Notes under the pieces: model-generated
What the model was told of the DNA's origin: nothing
Databases searched by the model: none
What the model saw: only the letters and a program-made list of their open reading frames with translations
Part shown: positions 38,222 through 52,075 of the stretch, piece by piece
Position numbering within the stretch: the first letter of the stretch is position 1
Layout of the letters: each line of letters begins with the position of its first letter
Position numbers and translations under genes: made by a program
From: Octopus sinensis
Taxonomy: Eukaryota
Direction of reading: 5' to 3'
DNA length: 64,000 nt
NCBI RefSeq assembly: GCF_006345805.1
Contig: NC_043021.1
Coordinates: 11,222,001-11,286,000 of the forward strand

Positions 38222-41192
38222 TTTGATACTTTGATACTTTGATAGGTTTCGGCCATTATTGGCCCAGGCCATGTCTAACTTAATAGCACCACCTGGTGAA
38301 GTCTTTCAAGTCAGAATTTGGGCACTATGGCCCACTCAAGTAGAGAGTTATTGTTTACAGAGACATATCCGGGGTAGGGGTTTATCCGGGATTTCTTGAA
38401 GGAATCTGTCCAAAGACTTCTTGAACCTATATGGTCAGTTTCTGTTTTAATGTGTTTTTGGTGTAATGTTAAAGAGAGCAGGGGCCATTGAGGTGAAATA
38501 ATTGTGCCGTATTGTTGTTATGATATGAGAGTGCGATTTTGTTTTGGGCGGATGGCACGGGGCCAAGCCTTGGATGTACCTTAAAGGTGATGCCAACATC
38601 ATTTGGGCATGCTGATGGAATATTTTCCACATCATGCAGATGATGTGCGCTCACGACGACGTTGGAGAGAATAGAGTTTTAGCTTTTCTAGTCTCGACCC
38701 CAATAGTCGAGGCCTGTCATGCCATCTATCTTTTTTGTGATTTGCCCTTTGAGGTGCTCAACTTTTATGATACCTTGTATTGTGTGGGGAGACCACAGTG
38801 GACAACAGTATTCAAGTGGGGTCGGGCAAAAGTGGAGAAAGAAGGATAATGGTGTGGATATCTCTCGACTGGAAGTTCTGAGAATCCAGGAACACATTCT
38901 GCTTGGGCCATGTCAACTTTGGTGTTTATATGAGTGGCCCAGCTTACGTTGTTGTCCACAATTACTCCCAAGTCTCTGATGTTGTTGGACGCCCGCGAGA
39001 GTTTCAACCGAAGGAAGGGAGTATGGGAGTTTCAGGGCATCCTCTTTTCCAAAGTGGATTAGCTCAAATTTATCCTCGTTCAGCAGCATATTGTTTTTTT
39101 CTGCCCATTGGATAACAGCCAGTAGATCTTACTGAAGGCATGTCCGGTCACTCGCCTCATTTATGACCTTCTGTAGCTGGGGTCATCTGCAAAGATTTTT
39201 ATGTTGCTGTGCTTGATGATGTCATTAATGTCATTAATGTAAATGATGAAAAGAAGTGGGCACAGCACAGTTGCCTTGCGGAACGCCACTACTGACTTTG
39301 GCTGGGCTTGATTTTACCCCTTCAACTACAACATGTTGAGATTCTGTCTGTCAGGAAACACTTAATCCATTTCAGTAACTTTCCAGAGACACCAATGTTG
39401 GATAGTTTTTTTCAATAGGATCTTGTGATCGACCTGTCGAAGGCCTTACTGAAATCAAGGTAGATGACATCGGTGTTGGAGCCCTCTCCCAAAGCTCTCA
39501 AAATGTCCTCAAAGTGATGCAGGAGCTGCGTTAGGCAGTCCCTTCCATTACGGAACCCATGTTGGTTGGAGATCAGCCGTCTGTTGCTTTCCAGAAATTG
39601 GGTTATTCGAGATCTCACCACCTCTCAAATACCTTGATGATATGAGAGGTGAGTGAGATCGGACGGTAAATTTCACTGCAAGGACTTGTTTCCCTTTTTG
39701 AAAACTGGGACAACAGACTGGGACAGAAGGTTTTTTGGAATATAGCCAGCATCCAGTGAGTTTCTCCACAGATTAGCAAGGGGAGAATGCAAGTTTGTGT
39801 CGACACACCTTCAGACACAGCAGGGAACCTATCGGGGCCTACTGCTGAATTGTGTTTTATTTCGTTTATCGCCGCTAAGACATCAGGGGCACTAAACGTT
39901 ATGTCCGATATAGTGTGTTGGGGGTTGACATCACATGATACAGCCCAGATCGGCCATATCAGGATTGCTGAAAACAGAGCAGTATTGTTTCTGCAGTATC
40001 TCGGCCATGGATTTGGCATTATCTTGGAGAGTGCCATTTTCGTCAATTAGAGGGCCTACAGTGGAGACAGTGACCCTGCGTTTCCTTCCTCGCAAATGAA
40101 AAGAACACTTTGGGGTTGAGTTTGATTTTTCAATGGCCCACTTCTCCTCAGCTGATCTTTGGTTATTGATGAGGGTCTTCATGCATTGTTGGAGGTTATA
40201 TTTTTTGGATTCAAGCAGTGCGATAGCCGTCGAATGTGTGTGTTGCTGTTGGCAGTACTTTAGTTTGTTAATTTTTTTGTTTGTTCTTTTTATTTTTCTG
40301 ATAATGGTTTTTCTGTTTTGGGGGATTCTGCACTTTTTGTTCACAGGTCTTGGTGGGGAGTGTTTTTGCACATATGTCTGTGACGGTGTCTACAAAATCT
40401 GCCAGATGTTTTATGGTTGGTGGAGATGTGTGTATGTGTAAAGGACCAGTCAACATTTGATAGCTCGTTCCTGATTGCATCCCAGTTGGCTTTATGGAGA
40501 TCCATGTTGTCAAATGGGTGGCTGGAGGAAGGTCACTAGGATTAGCTTTCGGCTGGTGGAATTTCATGTTACAGAGAACCATGTCATGTCTGAAAGAAGG
40601 GGTTTTTTCCACTGTAACGTTATGTATAGTGTTAGTGTGGTTACTAAACACTAGGTCCAAAATGTTCTGATGTCTTGTTGGTGCAAGGACAAGTTGGGAC
40701 AAGAAAAACTCATTCGTAAAGTCGAAAAGTGACTCTGCTGCTTCTTTGTCAGCGGTTTGAGGCGGGAGTGGCTTGGTTTCAAACAGTTTGTAGTCCAGTC
40801 AACACAGGGTAGATTGAAGTCTCCCATCATGAGTATGTTGCTAGAATGGCACTGTTGAATAAAGCACTTAATGCTGTTGAGGCATTCTTTAAAGCACAGT
40901 ATGGGTGTTTGGGGCGGCCTATAGAGCCAATTACTGTCAGGTCATTGGCTTTGTTGTGCACGGTGACTGATTCACAGTAGCCGTTGGAGAATATACTATT
41001 TCCATCTGCCGTAAATGAATCATGCAGGAAATGGCAGTTCCACCCTTCCTCCTGCCGATACGATCCGCGCGGATGGTTGTGAAATTCTTCACTCTCACTT
41101 CGGCTTCCAAGTGGGAGTTGTCAAGGTTGTCTCAGTGAGAATGAAGAAGGGATGTGGTGTGAATGGTTACCAACCCAGTCTTCAATGAATGG
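38221..41192 (-). mobile_element. 5'-truncated CR1/Jockey-group LINE (APE endonuclease + RT), frameshifted
   Basis: MMGDFNLP (APE), NQHGFRNGRDCLTQLL, YLDFSKAFD, GVPQG and YIND...IFADD (RT). 3' stem-loop ggcc-aataat-ggcc followed by a (TATCAAAG)3 tail. Confidence 0.95.
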
Positions 41193-41342
41193 ACCTTCCA
41201 TTTTATATGTATATATATATATATTTATATATATATATGTAATGTATATATATAGTATTTCCTTCTTTCTGAGCGTCCAATAATGCTATATTTGTTCCAC
41301 GTCCTCACTTTGTTGTGTTTTTTTGTGCTTTCTTGTTTGGAT

Positions 41343-41380
<38 letters not shown>

Positions 41381-41467
41381 TATATATTATATATATCAGT
41401 GGCGTGTGCGATATGGCAAGGGATTACTATATGTATATATATATTTATGTTGTATATATATATATAA

Positions 41468-41502
<35 letters not shown>

Positions 41503-41914
41503 TATATATATATATATATATATATATATCAGTGGCGTGCGGTCCAGTCATGAAAAAATTCATGACTGGAATGAAGGGAAGAAAACTGTCCAGAAAGAAA
41601 AATGACAAAGCTATGATGAAGGTCATAATGAAGAACAGGGATTGTTTTCTTATCACTAACCTTAGAACAGTGATGACAGAAACAAAATATATATATATAC
41701 TCTTTACTCTTTTACTTGTTTCAGTCATTTGACTGTGGCCATGCTGGAGTACTGCCTTTTAGTCGAGCAAATCGACCCCAGGACTTATTCTTTGTAAGCC
41801 AAGAACTTATTTTATCGATTCCTTTTGCTGAACCGCTAAGTTACAGGGACGTAAACACACCAGCATCGGTTGTCAAGCGATGCTGGGAGAACAAACACAG
41901 TCACACAAACATAT

Positions 41915-41965
<51 letters not shown>

Positions 41966-42136
41966 TATGACGGGCTTCATTCAGTTTCCGTCTACCAAAT
42001 CCACTCACAAGGCTTTGGTCAGCCCGAGGCTATAGTAGAAGACATTTGCCCAAGGTGCCACACAGTGGGACTGAACCCAGAACCATGTGGTTCATAAGCA
42101 AGCTACTTACCACACAGCACTCCTACACACACACAC

Positions 42137-42177
<41 letters not shown>

Positions 42178-42870
42178 TATTGTTATTATATATATGAAGA
42201 CATTCATCATTGGGCCTACCACAGTTGCCGTTTTCAGTCATCATGATGATGATGATGATGATGGTTATGATGACAATGATAACAATGATGATGATGATGA
42301 CCATGATGATGATAATGACGATAATGATGATGATGATAATGATGATGATGATAATGATGGTGATGATGACAATGACAACATCAACCAAGAAGAGGAGGAT
42401 GACAATAATATTGATGACTAAAATGATGATGATGATGATGATGTCTACGATGATAATGATTAATAATGATGATGAGTGGTAGTGGTGGTGGTGGTGGTGG
42501 TAGTGGTGGTGGTGGTGGTGGTGGTGGTGTGGTGGTGGTAGTGGTGGTGGTGGTTTGTGGTGGTGGTGGTGGTGTGGTAGTGGTGTTGTGTGGTGGTGGT
42601 AGTGGTGGTGGTGGTGGTGGTGGTAGTGGTGGTGGTGGTGGTGGTGGTGTGTTGTGGTAGTGTGGTGTGGGTTGGGTGGTGGTGGTGGTGGTAGTGGTGG
42701 TGGTGGTGGTGGTGGGGTATGTGGTGGTAGTGGTGGGGGTGGTGGTGGCGGTGGTGGAGTTTCCAGGTCTCGTTTGTTTTGTTTTGTTTTTGGGTTGTTT
42801 TTTTTTGGGTTTTATGCTTTCATTATTGTTTACTTAGATTTGGCTAAGTTTGTTTGGTTGTTGTTGTTGT

Positions 42871-42901
<31 letters not shown>

Positions 42902-43109
42902 GCTACCACTGCTGCTACCACTGCTGCTTCTGTTGCCATCTTGATGTTAGGTGAGCATCAGGTAAGGAAGTTTAAAATCATGTCAAACAAGGAGACAAAA
43001 AAAAAAAACAGTACAAACTTGATGTCTGCTTATGACATCACACACTGTATTTGTGTGTGTGTGTGTGTGTGCATGTGTGTTTAATTATAAATTATATATA
43101 TAATATATA

Positions 43110-43145
<36 letters not shown>

Positions 43146-43161
43146 TAACATATATATATAT

Positions 43162-43222
<61 letters not shown>

Positions 43223-43562
43223 CCTACAGATATATATATATATATACATATATACAACACACACACATCACTCAATATGTAAGTATTGTAAATATCTATC
43301 AGCCAACAAAAGACAGTATGTGTGTGTGTGTTTGAGAGTGCGTTTCAAGAATGAGTGCATTCGTGTGTGTGTGTGTGTGTGTGTGTGCGTGCATGTGTGT
43401 GTATGTGTGTGTGTGTGCACACACGCATTTTATTTATGTTTTGTTATGTTTTTTTTCCAATTTAATTTTTTTCTTTTATACCTTCCCCAACCTTTCTACT
43501 TTTGTAGTCATTTAAGTTTTCGCCTAAAATCGGTTGAAAACTTCTGGGACACAAACCTTATC

Positions 43563-43596
<34 letters not shown>

Positions 43597-45502
43597 TTAC
43601 ACATACAAACATATCTATATATTTATTTATACATATATACATATATATATATATGTATATATTCATAGAACACTTGTAGATTCTACACACCATCAAGTTA
43701 CGCTGACTAAAAATCTACACAAACAGCCAAGCACATATAAACATACATATACACATATATATACATATATATAAATATATATATATACAACAATATATTG
43801 ACCCTGATCATGATGATGATGAATAACTAACTACAAAATAAACCACCAAAAAAAAAGCAAATATTTGTCGTTACCGCAACTGGATTACGCAAAAAAAAAG
43901 TATCAAATTAATTAACAATTCTTCTTGTCAAGATTCAATTTAATTGCCATAAAATTTGTTGATACAATTTGTTGCAACTTTGATTGCTTCCAAATTGTTC
44001 CTGTTTTGATAACAAAAAAAAAAAACTAGTTATTATTATTATCATTATTAATAATAATAATACCATTATTATTAATAATGATTTTATTAATGATACTATC
44101 CTTAATATTTTTCTACTGCGGATAATCATAACTCTGCTCTGACATAAGACTTGGTCATTATAAATCGTATCTGTTCGTTAAACTTTTATCTTCAACACTT
44201 TTTATTATTACTATTATTATTATTATTATTATTATTATGACAGAAGTAGCAGTAACTGTGCCTACAATAGCTATAGCCAGAGTAGTACTAATAATATTAG
44301 TAGACGTTATAAGTTTGTTGTCATAGTCACTATACATATTATTAGCATGTGCCTTATAATCATAGCTTTTGTTATGATAATAGCAGCGTTGTTCTGATGG
44401 AACTGAGTTGGCACAGAACACAAAAAATAAAAAGGCAATTCGACCCACCACCACAATACGTCAGGCCTCCCTTTCAAAATCTTTATCAGATTGGATTCCA
44501 AACATTTTGGTGGTTTCTGGACATTCGTTGCATACCGTTTTTTAGTTTGCTCGCTAAATCTCTCAAAACAAATTTTCCCCGTTTTTTGTCTAACCCATGC
44601 CAGCATGGACAACGGACGTTAAATGATGATGATGATGATGATGATGATGATGTATTTTGCTTAAATCCAGATCATGCAGACATTAGATTTGTCCTGTTGT
44701 CGACTTCTCAATTTTCTCCCGGACCTTCCGAGGCTGATTAACGAAACGCCACTAACATACTAATGCCGTCGCTGTAGCTGTGTGTCACCAACATCGACGT
44801 ACCTTACCATCTTTCAGAAAACATCAGAAAAAAAAAACAGAGCTTGTCAAGTAGTGACAGGACTGAGTAAAACCAATTATACTCTGACCACTCAAATTTC
44901 TGACCTTACTGTAATTAGAAAGGCAAGATTGTTAGAGCACAGAACAAAAGGCTCTTTAGATTCTGAGATCAAACAATCTGAAATGAACTTTACTTTCCAT
45001 ACTTCTGTGTCAATAAAATAAAGTATCTGGTTGGACTCATACCTACACAAGAAATAATTGTTAATTTTAATAATTAGGTGAAATTTAATAATTGGTGGAA
45101 CAACTTGCAAACATGCTGTACTGTCTTTAGTTACAGTTCTTTATAGGAACTGGGTGTGAATTTAATTTTGTTGTATGTGTTTCTGTGTAGTTTATGCAAA
45201 ACAGAGAAATACTTTATTTTAATGTAATTTATTAGACACATTCACATAAATACACAAACAGAATCACAGATATTCGTACATGTAGGCAAGAACAACAGCA
45301 GCAATAGTTATTATTATTATTATTAATAATAATAATAGCAACAACAACAGCTGCAGTAGAAGAAGGAAAAGAAACTGGCAAAAGAAGTCTTTGATAATGT
45401 CCTACGAACAGGACTCTATGGAGTAGAAAAGGGAAAGAGAAGACAGACAGAATATAACAGAAATTACAAAAAAATCAAAATTGAGAAGCTAAGGAAAGGA
45501 AA

Positions 45503-45618
45503 ATGCCAAGGTATTATATGGCTAGCAGTGGTAGCAAGATTATGGATTCCAAGAGAGAGGATTACAAAAAGAAATCCATCGACACCGGGTCTCGAACGAA
45601 TATTGGTAAAAAATCCAG
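45503..45618 (+). CDS. Nested antisense gene, coding exon 1 (116 nt, ends phase 2): MPRYYMASSGSKIMDSKREDYKKKSIDTGSRTNIGKKS
   Basis: ATG in gaaaATG context with an in-frame upstream TGA (45482-45484). Strong donor CAG|gtgagt. Phase 2 matches exon 2. Confidence 0.7.
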
Positions 45619-47309
45619 GTGAGTGTAGATATAATGATCATATTACAGTTTTTGTTGTTGTTGTTGTTGTTGTTGGGGGGTGGGGTAGCAGTGAGGGTGA
45701 AAGTGGGGGTGATGGTGGTGATTTCAATGGGATTATGGTGGTGGTTTCAGTGGGTGGTGATGGTGGTTGATGGGGGGGGGTCTGACAGCCTACTTAGTTT
45801 GGCTGGGACCCAGCTGATCCGATCAAAAGCATTCTAATGATGACTATCCCATTCCACCATTCCACCAATCCAAGTGCAGCAAGCCCAGGACCACAATACA
45901 TTACCCAATGAGTGTGTCCTTTACTAAAACATTAAGGTATGACATTTGAGGGATAACTGGCTGCTATTTTTTTTTTTTTTTTGGTGGGAGGGTACCCATT
46001 GAGAGACTGTCTTGTTGATTCGAATGGTTGTTGTTGTTATTGTTGTTGCTGCTTTGTTTGTTTGTTGAGCGTCTCAAGATTGTCCGAAACATGGTCCTTT
46101 GCTAGTCATAAGATCCGCAGAAGAGAAAGCAGGTCAACCCCCGACACCGAGAGCATCGACGGATGGATGAGTGCACATCCAGGCTCAGTGGTTGCATAGG
46201 AAGTCAGGGACAAGAAACAGGAAGAAAGAGTGAGAGAAAGTTGGAGCGAAAGAGTACAAAGAGTACTGCCGGAGCCTCGTGGAGCTTTAGGTGTTTTGCT
46301 CAATAAACACACACAACGCCCAGTCTGGGAATCGAAACCGCAATCCTCTGACCGCGAGGCCGCTGTCCTAACCATTGGGCCATTGCGCCTCCACTTGTTG
46401 TTGCTGCTTAACCACCACTGACATTACAACCAGCCATAGGTCAAGCCCTGATGAAAGCTGTTCCAGCCATGACCACTCCATGTGGACATTTTTTTTGCTG
46501 CCTTGTTTTGATGCAGGCGTGGGTACAAATATATAAAAACAAGAAGTGTGGAGTGAATCTAATATACTTTTTATCTTTTACCCGTTTCAGTAATTTGACT
46601 GTGGCCATGCTGGGGCACCGCTTTCAAGAATTTTAGTTGAATGAATTGATCCCTACTCTTTTTGGTTTTGTTTTTGCTTTTTTAAGCTTGTGCCAAACCA
46701 CTAAGTTACAGGGATGTAAACACACCAACATTGGTTGTCAAGCAGTGGGGGGTGGGAGTAGGAAGGCACAAACACAAAGTCACACACTCATAGATATATA
46801 AAAGACATGAAGTAGTAGTAAGCTACAAACATTTTTACAAACAAAACCTTCAGATATTTCCTCAATAATTAATCATGTGAACAAATGGATACAATAGCAA
46901 CCACACACCTTCCTAGCACAACTGATAATAGATAAGGCATGTTTAAATTAGATGATAATTATCAATCTTCTTAATTATATATGGCGTAGGGGTGGCTGCA
47001 TGGTAAGAAGCTTGCTTCCCAACCACATGGTTCCAGGTTCAGTCCCACTACGTGGCACCTTGGGCAAGTGTTTTCTACTATAGCCTTCAGGCTGACCAAA
47101 GCCTTGTGAGTGGATCTTGTAAATGAAAACTGAACGAAGCCTATCATGTATGTGTGTGTATGTGTAGGCATGGCTGTGTAGTAAGACGCTTCCCAACCAC
47201 ATGGTTCCAAGTTCAGTCCCACTGCATGGTACCTTGTGCTTTATTTGTTCTAACCACTTCCCACTTGTTTAAGTAGAACAGGAAAAGTACATACACATGA
47301 ATATGTTTT

Positions 47310-47560
47310 CCCATTACAACTGCCTCACCACCAGATGAAGAATGTCTTCAGGGAAGCACAGTGTGTTGTATGAAGGTCTATACTGGCAATAGTAATGTTG
47401 TAAGAAGCATAGAGTTCTTACTATAAATACCTTCATGATACAATCAGCTCAGCTTTTGAAAACCAGAAGAGACACAACCACACTTTCTAAATATATGTGG
47501 GATCTGAAAGACAGAGAACCACACTTTCTAAATATATGTGGGATCTGAAAGACAGAGATA
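47310..47560 (+). mobile_element. Penelope-like GIY-YIG endonuclease remnant with an internal 41-bp tandem duplication
   Basis: ECLQ.S.V.YE-like and TTLSKYMWDLKDR motifs. accacactttctaaatatatgtgggatctgaaagacagaga occurs twice (47478-47559). Confidence 0.55.
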
Positions 47561-48162
47561 TTCATAACTTCAAAATTTTTACTGATCATTCATTGAAACC
47601 ACACTTTCATATACATGATTTCAGATGTCATCATTCTACCTTCATTCCCTCTATTTTTCATCTTTTTTCTTTCTTTTCTTTTTTCTAGCTTCGTACAAAC
47701 ATCTGCACACTCTCCTAGTCTATTTTCCTTTTTCTTCTTACTAACGGCGCATCTTATATCTTATTACCTTGATCCTTGATATTTTGACGCCTCCACAAAA
47801 AAACCCATTATTTAATTCATTTAAGTAATATTAGTAATGCTCTATCACTTCAGACCTACTTCAATAAATGAATACTAGGCTCATGTTCTGGTCTGATCTT
47901 CCATCTGACAGTAATCTATCAATCCACTTTAACAGGCTCCAATAAAATGAATACCAAACAACAGTCATTCATGACAATGTCATTATATTTATCAATATTG
48001 CAACTACATGTTTCTATGGCTTGCTCCACAATTTTATTCCTGGTAACGTCTCCTTTCACCAACTACACTACCACTCTCCAAGTTATCATGTTTTTACACT
48101 TTTTTATACTCTTTTACATGTTGGGGGGGGCCAAACACAGACACACAAACATATACACACTC

Positions 48163-48199
<37 letters not shown>

Positions 48200-48483
48200 T
48201 AAGAGAGTGGTCACTATGTGGCTCACTCTGGCACTAGAAATAGATCCAATAGGTTTCAGCCACAAAATAAATGTTTCATGCTGGCTTTCATTGGAAACAT
48301 TTATTTTGTGGCTGAAACCTATTGGATCTATTTCTAGTGCCAGAGTGAGCCACATAGTGACCACTCTCTTATATTTATGTATAAAATTTTATCATAATCC
48401 AGGTTTTTTTGTGCACTGGGCCACTTGGAGTTAAATGGATGTACTATTGAATTAGTATCCAATTTTCTCACCCTTATTAATTG

Positions 48484-48521
<38 letters not shown>

Positions 48522-48836
48522 GCTTCTTTCAGCTTCTGTCTACCAAATCCACTCACAAGGCTTTGGTTGGCCCAAGGATATGATAGAAGACACCTGCCCA
48601 AGGTGCCACACAGTGGGACTGAACCCAGAACGATGTGGTTGGTAAGAAAGCTACTTACCACACAACCACTCCTGCGCCTAGTTATGTTTTTACCTAGACA
48701 TTTATACACTCTCTTCTAATCACCTTTATTACTACTATCATCATCATCATCATCATTATCACTGTTGCTGTTGTTATCACTAGACTGTTTCTTAATGACC
48801 TTACTAGTACTACTACTGCATCTATTACTGTTGTTA

Positions 48837-48871
<35 letters not shown>

Positions 48872-50140
48872 TGAGTTCAAATTCCATCCAATTTTATCAA
48901 CTCCAGAAGGGGTCAATAAAATAAGTACCAGTTGGAGTACTGGGGGGGTCAATGTAGTTGACTTACCCCTCCCCCTAAATTGCTGGCCTTGTGCCAAAAT
49001 TTGAAATTGAATTATTATTATTATTATATTATTATTATATTATTATTATTATTATTGTTATTCTTAAGGTGGTGAGCTGACAGTATCATTAGGACAGCAA
49101 ACAAAATGCTTTGTGGTAGTGGTATGTCACCATCGCTATGATCTGAGTTCAAATAACGCCAAGGTCAAAATTGTGCCTTTAACAGAAAGGATTATTATTG
49201 TCATTTGAGTTCCAACCCTGCCAAGGTCAACTTTACCTTTCATCCTTTCGGGGTCGATAAATTAAGTAGCAGTGAAACACCGGGGTCAAAGTAATCAACA
49301 AGTCCCCACCCCTCAATTTATTTCAGGCCTTGTGCCTTTAACAGAAAGGATTATTATTGCCATTTGAGTTCAAACCCTGCCAAGGTCAACTTTACCTTTC
49401 TTCCTTTGAGGGATGATAAAATAAATACCAGTTGAGTACTGGGGTTGATGTAATTCACTTACACTCTTCCCTAAAATTGCTGGCCTTGCACTAAAATTTG
49501 AAATCATTATTATTATTACTAAGATTAAGTACCAGTTGAACACTTGGGTCAATGTAATTGACTCCCCCAAGCTGCCCTTGTGGCAAAAATTTGAAATTAT
49601 TATTATTATTGTTATTATTACTATTATTATTATTATAATTATTATTATTATTTTATGTTTGACTTTTGCTTTGTTCAAGCTAGCTACAAGTCTCACCCAG
49701 AGACCACAAGAGACAACAATTTGGAAGTTCATGTTGGTGTTATGCCTAGGGTGCCATATATTTGGTTTTGCAAATCGACCCCCGAACTTATTCTTTGTAA
49801 GCCTAGTACTTATTCTATCGGTCTCTGATGCCGAACCGCTAAGTTATGGGGACATAAACACACCAGCATCGGTTATCAAGTGATGTTGGGTGGGGGGACA
49901 AACACAGACACGCAAACAGATACACACACACATACACACACACAGCCATTCAGGAATTTGGACCTGGAGATCTCCACTTCCAGCGACTTCGAGGGCCACT
50001 TCCCAGTGGTGTCGGCCATCAATGAAGCGCCCTCGACTACAACAAGACGACCAAAGTTTTTTTTTCCCCTTTTTCCACCCCTAAGCCCTAGACCATCACC
50101 TAATCACCTTTACCCATCTTGTTGCTTAACAACAACAACA

Positions 50141-50179
<39 letters not shown>

Positions 50180-50442
50180 CACACATTTATACAACGGGCT
50201 TCTTTCAGTTTCCATCTACCAAATCCACTCACAAGGCTTTGGTCGGCCCGAGGCTATAGTAGAAGACACTTGCCCAAGGTGTCACGCAGTGGGACTGAAC
50301 CCAGAACCATATGGTTGATAAGCAAGCTACTTACCACACAGCCACTCCTACGCCTATATATATATATATATTTGTTATAGTGGAGCTGCCTTTATTTCAT
50401 ATGTAAATTTGTATCTATATACAATGTTTTGTTTGTTTGTAG

Positions 50443-50572
50443 CAGTGACAACCAGAAACCCAGCACAAGCAGAAAAGAGTTTACAGAGAGTGCAAATGTA
50501 AAGACAGGAAATGAAACTCGCCAAAGTTTTGTGGAATTCCGAAAGCAAGGAATACCCTTCTTGGTGCCATCG
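50443..50572 (+). CDS. Nested antisense gene, exon 2 (130 nt, phase 2 to 0): (S)SDNQKPSTSRKEFTESANVKTGNETRQSFVEFRKQGIPFLVPS
   Basis: Acceptor tttgtttgtttgtag|C (NAGNAG alternative at 50446), donor TCG|gtaaca. Unique sequence; only this frame is open to the donor. Confidence 0.75.
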
Positions 50573-52037
50573 GTAACACACAATTCTTCCAGTCTTTCTT
50601 CCTACCACTTGGTGCTTAACCAAATCTAAGCAATAAGGGCCCCGCTCATCTCAAAATCCCTGCTGTGTCACACAACTTGAATCACCAAACTTTGGTGCAG
50701 TGTGTTTAGTCTGTAGCTGTCTGTATCTCTTAGCCTTTACTTGTTTCAGTCATAGGACAGTGGCCATACTGGAGCAGTGTCTAGAAGGGTGTTTTTTTTA
50801 GGCAAACAAATCAATCCCAGTACTTACTCTTTTACTTGTTTCAGTCATTTGACTGTGGCCATGCTGGAGCACCGCCTTTAGTCGAGCAAATCGACCCCAG
50901 GACTTACTCTTTGTAAGCCTGGTACTTATTCTATCGGTCTCTTTCGCTGAACTGCTAAGTTACGGGGACGTAAACACACCAGCATCAGTTGTCAAGCGAT
51001 GTTGAGGGTGGGAACAAACACAGACACACAAACATATAAACACACACATATACATATATACGACGGGCTTCTTTCAGTTTCCGTCTACCAAATCCACTCA
51101 CAAGACTTTGGTCGGCCCGAGGCTATAGTAGAAGACACTTGCCCAAGGTGCCACGCAGCGGAACTGAACCAAGAACCATGTGGTTTGTAAGCAAGCTACT
51201 TACCACACAGCCACTCCTAGCCTGGTACTTATTCTATCATTCTCTTTTGCCAAACAACTAAGTTAACGGGACAAAAACAAACCAACAATTGTTGTCAAGC
51301 AGTGATGAAAAATAAACACAAGCACACACACACACACATTTACATACAAAAGATAAAGGCATTTGCAAATGCAGGAAGTCTGTGAGGACAGCTTAAAGAA
51401 TTGGGTAATTTATGCTTTAGAAGATTGGAAAAAAGTGGTTGGTTCACTTCCACAGCAAAACTCAAATTCCAGCTGAGCACTCTAACCATTAAGCAAAGAG
51501 ACAACTAATGACAAATTGTCTAATTACAATTATGGTTCTGGGTTCAGTCCCACTGCGTGACACCTTGGGCTTTCTGGAATGTGAGAACATTTTTATAAAC
51601 AAACTTGTAAAAGCTACATGTGTCAGTATTCTACAGAAAATAGAGTAGCTGTGTGGTAAGATGCTTGCTTCCCAACCACATGGTTCCGGGTTCAGTCCCA
51701 CTGTGGGGCATCTTGGGCAAGTGTCTTCTACTATAGCCTTGGGTTGACCAAAGCCTTGTGGGTAGATTTGGTAGATGGAAACTGAAAGAATCCCATCGTA
51801 TATATATATGGCTGTGTGGTTAGGGAGCTTGCTTCTTAGCTACATGGTTTCGGGTTCAGTCCCACTGCGTGGCTCTTTGGGTAGGTGTCTTCTGCTATAG
51901 CCCCAAGCCGACCGGAGCTTTGTGATTGTATTCGGTAGGTGGAAGTTACTGCCGTGTGTGTATGTGTGCGTATAGCTGCTCAGTGCCTCTCCGAAAGAGA
52001 GAGAGGGAGAGAGGGATATATATATATATATTATATA

Positions 52038-52075
<38 letters not shown>

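Noticed and set aside
44349-44741. 130-aa plus-strand ORF as an extra exon of the nested gene
   Set aside because: It cannot be joined in frame to 45503 (no acceptor after the in-frame stop at 45482), and the 3' part is repeat-derived.
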